Of a DNA stretch of 64,000 nucleotides, positions 51,816-64,000 are shown in pieces. Below the pieces are notes generated by a model. The model was not told the DNA's origin. It did not search any database and saw nothing but the letters and a program-made list of their open reading frames with translations. A program made the translations under genes and the position numbers. Within the stretch, counting starts at the first letter, position 1; the number at the start of each line of letters is the position of its first letter. The stretch is taken from positions 13,394,001-13,458,000 of the forward strand of contig CM052817.1 in the NCBI GenBank assembly GCA_028534125.1. Reading direction: 5' to 3'. Source of the stretch: Lama glama. Lineage: Eukaryota.

Positions 51816-52832
51816 TGAAGAAAGCAAACGTAAAACCTGTAAGGGGTACTTTTTCTTGTCCATCCCCAGGACATTGATAAGCCCTGCCTGTCCCCTCCTT
51901 TAGAGTTGCTTTTCTCACATTTTTAAAGTCTTTCTGGGAGTCTCTTCTGACCTCCCTAACCTTTGACGACCTGGCTGGAAGGACCTGTTACTCAGTGCTC
52001 AATGGTGAGAAGTCCTCCTGGGTAACTTCCGGGTCTGGGAAGGGGAAGAACTGGAAACCAAGTCTAGGGCGGGGGCTTTCTCTGTGTTTGATCACTGAGT
52101 GATTCTTACCTGGGCTCCATTTGTATCCCCAGAAAGTGGAGTCATGAGCAAGTCCTGCTCTAGCTGGAACGTTCAGGTCTTTGGGTGAGCTCTGCAGACA
52201 TCGGGAGAACACAGTTACAAGTTGTACCTGAGGACCTGAATTGCCCTCTTGGCTCCTGTTCTTCTCACCTGTGCTCCCCCGTCTCAGGGGTCCACCCATC
52301 CAAGGAGGCCCCTTCAGGATGTGGCTGGGGGCGATAGGCGGTCTTGCGGGTTTTAGTCTGATTCTTTTACCTGTCACTGTTGTTGAATTAATTATTCCTG
52401 TAAACACGCTGTTCTGTGTTGTCTCTTCCTTTTTTGATTATAGGAAACGTGTTTAGAGGCTTAGCTTTCCGTCCTAGTCTTCCAGATGCTCTTGCAAATT
52501 ATGAAATGGGGAAGCATGCAGTTTCTTAGAAAACTTACTCTGCAAAACTTACAGTATGGTAATACTGTAGCAGATTTTGTTGGATTGGCATTATTTCAAA
52601 TAATTAAATTTTTTAAACAAAAACAGTAGTGTTTATTATATACAAATTTTAACGAGATGCTTCATAAAAGAAGCCTTGAAATCTAAAATCAAGTGGGGTT
52701 TATGTACTTCCTATACAGTTGAGATGTAATGGTATTATTTCTAGTTAGCCTGCTTTTTAGTGAAGTTTTACTTATGTTTATGGAGAATAATGCTCCCTTT
52801 TCAAATCATTTGTTCCCTTAATCTTATTTTAA

Positions 52833-52982
<150 letters not shown>

Positions 52983-54129
52983 TAACGTGTGTTACCGCAC
53001 TTCAGACGCAGGTAGTCGTGTGGAGTTGATGCTGTTAACCTCATTTCAGAGCTCAGGGCTTCTGTCTTGGCGAGGTCCGTTTTTCAGCGCTGGGACTCAG
53101 ACCCAGGTTGTATGAATGTAGGGCCTGTGCCCTTCCGCTGTGCTGACCGCGTGCCCCCCCTCCCCGTCCCGTGTAGTACAGCGCTGCAGGTTTTTTCTTT
53201 ATTTTTATTTTTGCTTTGACCATTGGGAAGTTCAGAAGACAAAAGGATTGACTTATCTCATTAAAGAACAGGTTTTTTTTTTCCTTTCATTTGCCACCTT
53301 TTCTGTCTAAAACGTTTGCAATCTGCGCATCATCAAAGACTGAGATGAGGTTTCCAGGTGGCTGCGTTGTCATGTCTAGAAGCACGGATCTGGAACTCGC
53401 CCACATGCACACGCAGAGGAGGGATTCAGCTGACTGTTCTAACTTGCAAGAAGATGCAGGGTTGTGGGGGGTTTCATTACTGTCTGTGTATTGTCAATAA
53501 CTAGGTTAATGGAATTTTTCTTGGAAATATTTCCGTAAAGCAGTGATCTCATCGTGTTTTGGGGATTGCGTTCAATCAGATCTTAATGATAGAGTTGCCC
53601 GTGATTATCTTACCATTGCAGGACTTACATTGTAGGTACTTTCTAAAGGAATTAATTACATTAAAAAATTGCGTGATTGAGAAAAACTTTAAATGGCAGA
53701 TGTTTTAGTTTAAGCGTTGCCTAAATTACCTAATTTGGCTAATTTCAGTGACTTTTTAAATTGATTATATTTTCATGATGAATGCCTAGAATAAAGTTTA
53801 TGAGGAGAAAGTCAGTCCCTCCTCTACTAAATAATGGATTTCTTTTTGGTGCATGGGTCTCGGGCAAGGGTTAGCACTCCCAATACCTTATTGAGATGCC
53901 AAGAATCATCCCACTGTCAATCCAGTGTCCCTGCCAGCAGAAAGGAAATTCTTCTTGCTTTCAAATGTGATTCCTGTTCTGAAAATTGGAATGCAGAGTA
54001 ATTTGCCCGTTCCTCCTGGTGAAATGCGAGTAAACAGGTGTTAAATAATGATGTAGTAAGGCTTGCAGTCTGAAACTCTCTCCCGATGTTTTCACAAGTC
54101 CTGCGGCCCGGTGTGGGGGATGGGCAAGC

Positions 54130-54161
54130 GGGGGGGGGGGGGCAGGCCCAGCGGGTTGGAT

Positions 54162-54213
<52 letters not shown>
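54130..54213. repeat. G run plus (GT)n microsatellite
   Basis: Visible runs. Confidence 0.95.
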
Positions 54214-54216
<3 letters not shown>

Positions 54217-55372
54217 AGGGATAGTTTGTGAGTAACTACAAGTTAGACATAGCGCGCTAGCACTTGGAGGGGATCACAGGATGTAGCTCACCAATCCGAG
54301 GGTCCCAGAGACAGCTAGCACGGGAGTCCTCTTATTGCCACTCGGTCTCATTAGTTTTTAATCATGCTAATCGAGAATTTTTAAACAGATTTTGAAGTTA
54401 AAAGGGCTATTAAGTATTGTTTATTCCATCAGGCTTTTTCTCTTCTTATTCTCTCCTTCTAATGTCTTACATAATATTTTAATAATAATTGATGTAATTG
54501 CAAAAATCAAAGACTTTCCCTTAATAATAATAATTATTATTATTTTTATTATTTTTTAAATTATTATTTTTATTATTATGCTTGCTTTTGGTACTTGATA
54601 ATCCATCATGAAATTAATATTCTTTCCTTTCTAAAAACTTAAATGTTCATATCTTTTCCTTTAAATATTGGAGATGAGTCTTTTGTAATAGATTCTCCTT
54701 AATATTATAGTTTCTCATTTCTTGGGGCTTGGGTGTGTCACAATGATAAAAAGACTCAACTTCTGGGGACACCAAAATATCAGTTCCAGACAGACACAGT
54801 GTCATTTTCTTAGAGCTAATCAGTTTACTATCTGCTTAACTTGAAATTGGTTCACTGTTAACCTGATTTAATTTTCTTTCTAAATGATATGTACATCTGT
54901 CTTGGAAAAGACACATACTCACACACATCCCAATCTTTATTGAGCCGGTGGGAACTTCTTACATGACAGGTACTCTACTGAGTACATTTTAGACATTAAA
55001 CTCATTTAATCATCACTGCAGCCTTCAGAGGTAGACTTTACTGTTACCTCCTTTAAAGATCTAACAGTTGAGGTGCAGAGAGGTGATTAGCCCAAGATCT
55101 GGCAGTGATGTGACTGGCGGAGCTGGGTGCAAGTACCCGTTTCTGCTTCCTGACTACTTCTCTGGTTAAATATTTTTAAAACACACTAAGAGAGAACCTA
55201 TATTTTATTTAACTCAGGAAAAGTTTCTGCTTTGTGTTCCATCTTTCTGCTCTCATCCCATTTTGCTTCTTTGGAGTTTGGAACACTTTTTAAGGCATGC
55301 TCCTGCAAATGTCACACCTGTTCGGGGAACCCTGCAGGGTCCTCATGAGGCTACATTGTTTTCTCTTGACAG

Positions 55373-55429
55373 GGAAGCCTTATGATCATCAAATCTAAAA
55401 TTCCAACATACTGCTCCATATGCTGCTGA
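55373..55429 (+). CDS. PACRGL: PACRG-like protein, last coding exon (GSLMIIKSKIPTYCSICC*)
   Basis: ttttctcttgacag acceptor; TGA at 55427-55429. Confidence 0.95.
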   Translation, partial: GSLMIIKSKIPTYCSICC

Positions 55430-55645
55430 AGAAGGAAGCCAACAAAAATCTCCTCACTCCCGGGTGGCAGGTGCTGAGTGCTGACTGGGTATCTCTGGAA
55501 CCTTTTCGAGTCACTTCAGTTTATTCTTTTGTACATCACACACGCCATTCATTATTTACTGGCTTCAGATGAGTATACACAGTTGCACTGAATCACAGTA
55601 CAAGTTATTCATCAAAAAGAAAAGAATGGTTAATGATGGAAAACT

Positions 55646-56779
55646 ATTAAAAAAAAGTTCTATAATAGTACTATCTTGTGGGGTTTATTTTTTCATATCT
55701 TTATGGTTTGCCTGAACAGCCATTATTGGGGTTTATGGTGAATGTGTTTGTATGGACTTTCTAGTGCCGTTTTTGTACAAATTTTTTATAATCAGTTTGT
55801 AGCTGTGCACTTATTTTTAGACATTTTCCATTTCCTGGGTTTTAAATTTATCAAGTCTATGGAAATTTAAAATAGTGGGCAAACGTTTGTGAATTCATTG
55901 TGAATTATTTTGTAAATACATATTTTACAATGTAGAATGCTTGGGGAATTTTCTTTCCAAAGTATTCCAGTTTAAGAAAAAAATTTTTCATGTGTAAATT
56001 TTCTTATAAATATGTTGTTTATTACAACTTATTAAAACTACCTAAAGTTTAGGTGTTAATTGTATTTACATTCATGTTATTTTTGTATTTCATAGTCTGA
56101 AAATACTGGTATTCAGTACATGAAGATACTCAGAAATTAAAACCTTAGAACTCATATGTATTCAGTGATTTTGTTGTGCTTGCTTACTTATGTTTAACAG
56201 TGGATTCAATTTTAAAAGCTTTTCACACATAACTTACAGGCAGAGTTCTGAGTGTTGATGTAGTAGACTCTGGATCATTCCACAGAGGAGCAGAGGGAGA
56301 GAGATGGAAGACAAGGAGGAGGCCTTCCATCTCTGGGCAGGAAGAGAGCCCCTGGGGACCTGAGCAGCCACACCACATTCCTGGACGGAGGCTGACAGGA
56401 TGGAAATTTGGAGCAGCAGTGTTCTGTCCTGCAGCATTGGAGAGCAGCCTTTCTCTGCTCATCCCTCAGACACCTGGAGTCACCTCTTTGTAAGTCTTCT
56501 TTCAGGTAATATAAAATACAAGGAATTTCTCACAGGTCCTCGTTCTCCCCCAGAGCAGGTGTCCTTCCGGGTGGCCTGTCTGCTCCACCCTCTCCTCGGG
56601 TCTCTGCTCTCTGGTCACATCCTCTCTCACATCGTATCAGCCTACCTCCCCTCCGCCTTGCTCTCGCTCCCTTTCGTTGCACTTAGCGCCACCCAAACAG
56701 AGATCTCCGCAGTTCAGAAAAGCCATTAAGAAAAAGGTAATATTTTCAATCTAGTAATTACAAAATGTGTTGAAATAAA
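55646..56779 (+). terminator. Candidate PACRGL poly(A) signals
   Basis: ATTAAA at 55646, 56031 and 56136; AATAAA at 56774-56779. Confidence 0.45.
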
Positions 56780-56789
56780 GACCTGTAGC

Positions 56790-58242
56790 ACAGACAGTAG
56801 AGTTATAAACATTTTATTTGCTTTTATTTTTTCTTTTTGAAATACAAAATGTGCACATTGAGTTTACACAAACACGCGATGGCAGATCTCAGTGTACATG
56901 TATTGTACTACTCTGAACTTCTACACTGGTGCTAGCAGGGCAGCTGTCAACATCCTCTCTCTACACCAGAATAGGTACCTGATTTATTGTTGCAAAGACA
57001 GTTGCAGGTCTCCTCCTACTCTAGCCTCTTGGTCTTTGATATTTCTGCAAAACAGGAGGGGGTGTGTATCATTAGTAATATTGTGGCAACTTCACAATGT
57101 TGGCCTAAGATCATTAAAAATAATCGGAATGACTGGAGTTTTATGATGAGCTAAATCATAATACAGCCCAGGGGAGCTGCTTAGCACTTACATTCATCTT
57201 CTACTAGATTTCAGTATTATAGTTCTCAAGGTAATGGAATCACTGGTGCTTTCAGAGTGAACTCTGCTTGCTGTTTGTTCCTAGTAGGCATTGGGGCAGT
57301 CAGGGTTTCTTTGTCCCTGATGGCATGTAATCTGACGGTGCCGGGAGGGGGTTTGGGAAGGAGGACGCGCCAGGCCTTTACTGCAGTGAAGGGTTACTTG
57401 TTGCTAAGCGTCACTGTGTACAGAGGGCAGATCTCCTGGCCCTTTGCATAACCCTGTGGACATCCTCGCTTTGTCTCAAACCTTCTTGGACCTCCACTTA
57501 ATGACACAATAGGAAACGGTCAACCTGTCGGATTGAACAAATCGAAAATTACAGACATCATGTAGGCCTTGGCTATAATATGTATTATGAAAAATTAGGA
57601 AATGCTTATTAAATAAGCTTTATTAGGCATATGCGGACATCTGGTGATAAACTGATTTGGTTCATGTTATAAAAAATGCCAGGTAAATGAATGTCTTTAA
57701 CAGAAGGCAGCAAATCCATAGAAACTGGGACTTGGGTTTGTTTGTTTTTCTCAGTTGTCGTAATCTTGTCTTGTTTCCTTAAGGTATAAATGGAATTACG
57801 GCATACAAACATGGAAATTAATTTCTGGAAATTAAATGCAGATGCCAGTATTTTAGAAAACAATTTAAAATCCTGGGGATGAATACATACAAATGAGTAG
57901 TAAAAACCACTGATGTGTTAAAATCACTGATAATGTGAAAGCCTCAATAATCCCATGGCTACAGAATCAGTAAACCCATATGCCAGGTTCTGCTCCCTTT
58001 GAATATTCACAGGGTATGAAATGACTTAGAACATCCCGTGAACTCAGCGGCATCATGAAAAGGATGCAGATTTATAAATGGAAAACTCAAATCTCTTGAG
58101 GGTTGCTTTATATTAAAACAAAGCTAGTTTGCATAATATGCCTCAGTGTAAAGCTGAGCAATCTATGCTAAGAGTGGTAGCTCCAACTTCGTGTGTAGAA
58201 TAGTTCACGTTTGTCTGTTGGATCAAGGACACGTTCAACAAG
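56790..58242 (-). other. KCNIP4: KCNIP4 3'UTR
   Basis: Follows the stop codon with no recognisable repeats; minus-strand AATAAA at 57619-57624, 56823-56828 and 56813-56818. Confidence 0.7.
56813..56828 (-). terminator. Tandem AATAAA poly(A) signals, probable KCNIP4 distal end
   Basis: TTTATT at 56813-56818 and 56823-56828 on the + strand. Confidence 0.65.
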
Positions 58243-58290
58243 TTAAATCACGTTTTCAAAGAGCTGCATGGAGCGCATGATGTTTTCATC
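58243..58290 (-). CDS. KCNIP4: KChIP4 last coding exon DENIMRSMQLFENVI*
   Basis: ccccttacag acceptor; TAA at 58243-58245. Confidence 0.97.
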   Translation of the reverse strand, partial: DENIMRSMQLFENVI

Positions 58291-59921
58291 CTGTAAGGGG
58301 AAAAGGGCGGGATTCAATTCAGCATTTCTGCAAAGCAGAGTGCCCTCCGAGTCCTGCCTCCCCCGCCGAAACCACCTGTGCCCGAAGCGGCAGCACGAGG
58401 TGCCTGTGAACGTCGAGACCTTCTGTGGAGGTAGATAACTGTGGAGAGCCCATTTTATGTTCTGTGGAGTCTACTGGGCTTTAAGCACTGTTTAAATCTT
58501 ACTTGGTGTGAAGAGGGGCTGTTTCTCAAGTTAGAATGCAAGGATGGAAACCGAGGGGCACAGAGGCGGTGAGCAACGCAGACCACACTTCGGGCAATCA
58601 CGGGGAGCTGGTACACAGGAGAGGAAACAGGGTTTGTGTGTGAGCGTGGAGCCAACATCATGAAGATTGGAGGTTGGGGTTTAGGAGGCGTGTTAGCAGA
58701 CATCACACCTCTCTGGGTCCGTTAGGGATAACTCTGCGGCCTTTGGGAACCTTTAAAAATGAATAGTCTGTCCCTCACCGCCTCCTCCCTGGTACACAGG
58801 CTTCCACTGGCGCCCCGGAGCTCCCCTGTGCCCCCTCCCATCTGTAGTGCATGGCGCGTGGTGCCCCCAGGGCTCCAGGACAGGTCAGGCCCCACCTGTG
58901 TCCACCCGCATCTCCGCTGTGAATAAAGTCAGGGAAACGAGAAGGAAAAAAAAAAAAAAAGAATGATCTCTCAACGCCTAGAGAAAGGATCACTTGAGAG
59001 AAACAACTGCCCAGTGGCTGTGCTCAGTTTAGCATGCTCCTGAGAAACTTAAGGGGACAGACTCTGGGCATTATAGGGGCACGTGGAGGTTGTGACTGTT
59101 TATGGTAATGGAAGAGGCTGGCAGAACTGATGGTGGCTTCTACTGCTAGGAGCCAAGTAACAACAGCATTAAGCACTTGATGTCACCAAGTTAATTCGAA
59201 GACTGTCACACTGAAACGTGAGCTGAGAAAGCAGCAGGCATCAGGAAAGGAAGAATACATCAATTTGAAAATGATGAGAAAAGCTAAACACCGGCAAGCT
59301 TCTTAGTCCCCGTAATGACTTTGAAAATGCTTAATTGTGGTTCCGCCCGCACATCAAGTCCACCACTTCTAGGAGTGCGGGCACTGGCCTCCCACCGGAG
59401 GGTGGAGAACTACGTGGATTTTTCCCCGGGAGAATTTTCTGCTTTTTAATTTTGTGACTGAAGACCGTTTACTGGTTCAGCCAAAAAATATTTCCTGTCC
59501 ACAAACACTGAAGCAATGATGTTTCTCTTTAAAGTTGGGTATGTGTGGCCAGCGATGCACACTTGGCTGTACTGAAATTCTCAATCTCTGGAGGATACAA
59601 CAGACATGATACATGTTATGTGCTAGTTTTGAGGACAGAACAATCTGAATCGCTCATGTTTTATCCTCAGTGATGAATACTCTCTAAAAGATCTGGGGAG
59701 CCAAAACACACGTGCAACCTTCGTTTCTCCAGGGCTTCCCTCCTTGCCTGCCTTCGTCCGGGGGGGCAGCCTGTAAATGTGGATTAATTGAACTGTTTTC
59801 AGAGTGGTGATCTTAGGCAGGTGATCTCTGCCCTTCGCTCAGTTCATGGTGGCTGGCTGGCAGGACTCAAGTTGAGTCGTTAAGAAAGCAAAGGGATGGC
59901 TCCTTTACTGTCATTACTTAC

Positions 59922-59984
59922 TTTTTGGCAGCTTTCGATGAATTCGTCTATGGTGACCACTCCATCTTTATTCTTGTCCATTTT
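59922..59984 (-). CDS. KCNIP4: KChIP4 exon [21 protein letters not shown] (EF-hand 4)
   Basis: 63 nt; cctgaacag acceptor, AAA|gtaagt donor; canonical EF loop [12 protein letters not shown]. Confidence 0.97.
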
Positions 59985-60623
59985 CTGTTCAGGAAGAAAA
60001 GAACAAAAACCTTTCCTCAGACTTACCCCTTGATACCCTCGCACCCGAGCGAGCTGAAGCTGAGGGAAAGCAAGCCCGGCTGCTTGTTTTATGGGGAGGA
60101 CCTGCTTCAGGGCATAAACTGGCAGTTTCTTAGTGACAAGAATAGTGGCTGACTGATTGGAAGCTGTTGCATTTCAACAGAATAGGGTGCAGGTAGAGGG
60201 TCACTCAGCCTTGGGTACAGTCCTGCCCTCCAGCTACAACAGAGTTCAGGCAACTTATTGAAACTTTCAGAGCCTTGATTTTCTCATCTGTAAGATGGGG
60301 CTAATGAGGATTTATAAATAACCTCATAGGGTCTTGTGAGAAATGAATGAAAACACCAAAAAAAAAAAAAAGCCACGTGAGACACGAAATTGCTTGGTGG
60401 TGTATCCAGGACATGATTAACATTCAGTAAGTGGAGTTATCAATATTATGATAAATTCAAGCCCAAAATTGCTAAATTAGTATGATAGTGTATGTTCTAT
60501 AGTTTTGCCTCTTTCAGTAAAAGTTATTTTCCTTTCCATTCTTTTGAATTCTCATGATGCTCTGAAGCATCGGGAAATTCGTTCTCAAGTTCACTCCCTC
60601 TCTGATGTCTGTTGCGTTCCTAC

Positions 60624-60728
60624 CTGGAAAAATGTTTCCACGTGTTGTCTGGGAGCATCTTCTTTGAGGACAGGATAGGTGCACTTACCCATCATATCAT
60701 AGATTGCTTTCATTATGTCAAGCATTTC
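60624..60728 (-). CDS. KCNIP4: KChIP4 exon [35 protein letters not shown]
   Basis: 105 nt; ttttcag acceptor, CAG|gtagga donor. Confidence 0.97.
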
Positions 60729-62630
60729 CTGAAAAGCAAAAGGCGCTCACGTGAGGCACATGCAACGTGTGAAGAAACCGCTCTGAGATCCTTTGACAGA
60801 TTATTCTGACTCAATTTCAAATTTTTAATTTTTCCTTTGATTCTTCATTAAATGCCTTTTGGTTTTCCCACAGGAAAAGCCAATGGCCTTATACCTTAAA
60901 AGCAGCAGAATCAGAATGTAAGAATCAGTTCTAATTTTGGTTTCAAAATTAAGTAAATTCCCACATATTAACATGATCAGGAAAGAAACACTCTGGTTTA
61001 ATACTTGGACTTCCACAGACTTCACATAGGCTAGCTTTGGTTCACTGAGTTCTTATACACTTTATAAGTTGATCAATTTCCATGTATTGAAAATAAAATA
61101 AATACCACATCATAAGAATTATACTAAAACTCAGTCTCAAAGCTCATTAGGATTTTCATTGTTTTTTTCCTATTATGGCTTCTTTAATGTCACACATGTA
61201 GATTAGTCAAAATATTATGACCCTGGAAACACTTTGAAATTTTAATTTTTTTATTAAAACAAAATCTAATTTTGATTTGTAGTTTTCAATCTTAGTGAAA
61301 ATACTGCATAGTTACTTAGACATTCAGATATATTGTTTACACTTGTTTTCTTCATATTGAAGTTTCTACATAAGAGTGGATTAAGATGGTAATATGGATG
61401 TAATATGCACTACTTCTGAGAGTATTCAGTTTCATTTTAAATGATCAAGCAGTTTGTAGTTTGTAGATTATAGGTGAAATCTTTTAAGACATTTTGAGTA
61501 AGAACAGAAGTATAGAAGTTTTTTTGACATAGAATTCATGAACTGAACTGGGTAAAAATGATTAGAACAGCAAGTTTATGTTAAATACAGAAAGGGATAG
61601 AAAACGATGAAAGGACCAAGAGGCACCTAATATTCTAGAGGCACCTGAGTACTAAGTGTCTATTATTTACCAAATATATAAGAGGCACTGACTATCCAGG
61701 ATATGCTCAAGATACATGAAGACTTAATACCCATCAAGTCTTAACTTGGCCACCCATTGGTGAGACCCATTCTGGCCCCATGTGTCCCTCTGCTCAAGAA
61801 ACAGATAAAACCCATGGCCACTGATCAGGTTAATTGTCACAGTAAAGCTGCAGTCAGGTACACTTGTCCCTGTGTCTTCAGTAGAGCAAGTTTATGTCAT
61901 TGGCCCAAGATACATCTTATTTGAGGAGCCTTTTGCTCAAAACTCAACTCTGGAGAAAGTTAGTGAAAAAGAGAGGACACATGGACATTGAACCACATCT
62001 GGGTTCAGGTAATGTGGTCCTGCAGCCCTACCTTCACTCCATCCTAAATTGGTTATCTTACCTCGTCCCTCCCCACCCTGCTTATTGGTGTGTTTTAAAT
62101 TAGTTTAATTAACCATTTGATATGAACATCTGAATTTGGTCTGTGAGCTTCTTTCTTAGACATCTTGTCTGGAAGTGTATTTGGGACCCCACCATTGCAT
62201 CAGGTCAGTTCCCACACAACACACGTCACTACTTAATCCACACGATTTAAAAATTGTGTCTGTTTCCATATGGACCATGTTACATGGGAGAAAAAAAGTG
62301 TTACAGGCCAAATATTCTACATCCAAACACGGTTTGGATATATTTTCTTCCTATCTGATTCTGAGTGCTTTATTCCATGTACAGTGTTTGTTAAAATGCT
62401 ATTAGGAAATCCGGATGTAATCCTTCCATGTTTTATATTTATTTTGCAGATTAGCCATAAACTATTTCTACCCATTCCAAAATTGTCATCAGACTTTCTC
62501 CACCACCACACAAAATATTTTAGACTTCCCCAAAGAGTGATTTTTAAACATAGTTGCAATTGTTTGACACTTTGAAGTTAAAAACTGGGAATGGTCTGGA
62601 GGCTAGCTGTGTTGGTGAGGCATTTCTTAC

Positions 62631-62738
62631 TTCTTTAGTGATGTAGCCATCTTTATTTATGTCATACAAATTAAAGGCCCAGTTGAGTTTTTCTTGTACT
62701 GTCCCCCGAAGCAAAATAGAAAGACCCTTGATGAAATC
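62631..62738 (-). CDS. KCNIP4: Kv channel-interacting protein 4, exon [36 protein letters not shown] (EF-hand 3 loop)
   Basis: 108 nt; minus-strand tttttag acceptor and GAA|gtaaga donor; matches recalled KChIP4 sequence. Confidence 0.97.
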
Positions 62739-62845
62739 CTAAAAAGAAATAAAAATACAATTTGATATGGCATTTCTAAGAAGAAGTAAAACACACACTC
62801 TAATGAAATTCTCTCTCAGATGACGGAAGCAAAGGTTATAACCTT

Positions 62846-63990
62846 CTGGACACCATAAATTTCCTAGAAGAAAACATAGGCAAGACATTTGCTGACATAA
62901 ATCACAGCAATGTTTTCCTAGGGCTGTCTACCAAGGCAATAGAAATAAAAGCAAAAATAAACAAATGGGGACTAATTAAACATACGCTTTTTTGCACAGC
63001 AAAGGAAACTATAAACAAAATGGGAAGACAACCTGTGGACTGGGAGAAAATATTCGCAAACAGTGTGACTGACAAAAGCCTAGTTGCCAGGATATACAAA
63101 CAGCTCACACAACTCAATCACCAAAAAATCCCCGAGCAACTCAGTCAAAAGATGGGCAGAAGACCTAAACAGACAATTCTCCAGTGAAGACATACAAATG
63201 GCCAATAGGCACATGAAAAGATGCTCAATGTTGCTAATTATCAGAAATGCAAATCAAAACTACAACGAAGTATCACCTCACACCAGTCAGAATGTCTATC
63301 AAAAATTCCACAAATGATAAATGCTGGAGAGGGTGCAGAGGAAAGGGAACCCTCCTATGTTGGTGGTGGGAATGTAATTTGGTGCAACTACTATGAAATC
63401 TCCAGTATGGAGATTCCTTAAAAAACTAAAAATAGAGTTACCATATGATCCAACAACCCCACTCCTGGGCATATATCTGGAGGGAACTCTAATTTGAAAA
63501 GATACATGCACCCCATTGTTCATAGCAGCACTAGTTACAATAGCCAAAACATGGAAACAGCATAAATGCCCATCGACAGATAACTGGATAAAGAAGTTGT
63601 GCTATATATACAATGGAATACTACTGAGCCATAAAAAAGGAATAATCCCATTTGCAGCAACATGGATGGACCTAGAGATTATCATACTAAGTGAAGACAA
63701 AGACAAATACAACTTATCGCTTATATGTGGAATATAAAAAAATGACACAAATGAACTTAATTTACAAAACAGAAACAGACTCACAGACATAGAAAACAAA
63801 CTTATGGTTACCAAAGGGGAAAGGGCAGTGGGGAAGGATAAATTAGGAGTTGAGATTAGCAGATACAAACTATTATATGATAGATAAGTAACAAGGTCCT
63901 ACTGTATAGCACAGGAAATTATATTCAATGGTTTTTAATAACATACAGTGAAAAAGAATATAAAAATTATATATAGAGAGAGTTATATAT
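62846..63990 (+). mobile_element. 5'-truncated L1 (end of ORF2 plus 3'UTR), antisense within a KCNIP4 intron
   Basis: [52 protein letters not shown] and FAATWMDLEIIILSE match the L1 ORF2p C-terminus; frameshifted. Confidence 0.93.
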
Positions 63991-64000
63991 GTAACTCTAA

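Noticed and set aside
54523..54544. 22-bp perfect palindrome AATAATAATAATTATTATTATT
   Set aside because: Abutting simple trinucleotide repeats in an AT-rich intron
62405..62470. Faint resemblance (LWLICKINIKHGRITS) to the neighbouring EF-hand exon, hinting at a duplicated exon
   Set aside because: No Ca-binding Asp residues, no matching splice sites, and the similarity is explainable by AT-richness

Overview
Mammalian genomic DNA, most likely a camelid, judged from a tRNA-Ala-derived Vic-1-type SINE and no recognised Alu, B1 or Bov-A. The first ~36 kb is repeat-rich intergenic sequence (L1, MIR/L2, MaLR/ERVL/ERV1 LTRs, a decayed ERV-L provirus, hAT MITEs); in human this interval lies downstream of SLIT2, which is not visible here. 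A CpG-island promoter at ~36.5-37.1 kb drives PACRGL on the + strand: 8 coding exons, 747 nt, 248 aa, intact. It converges tail-to-tail with the last four coding exons and 3'UTR of KCNIP4 on the - strand. I found no convincing undescribed biological system. The best leads are regulatory or structural: head-on poly(A) signals, a divergent CTCF trio, an RFX X-box promoter, MER41-like LTRs with STAT motifs, a TCF/LEF cluster and a twin-primed L1. Repeat family names come from recalled consensus sequences and repeat boundaries are approximate.
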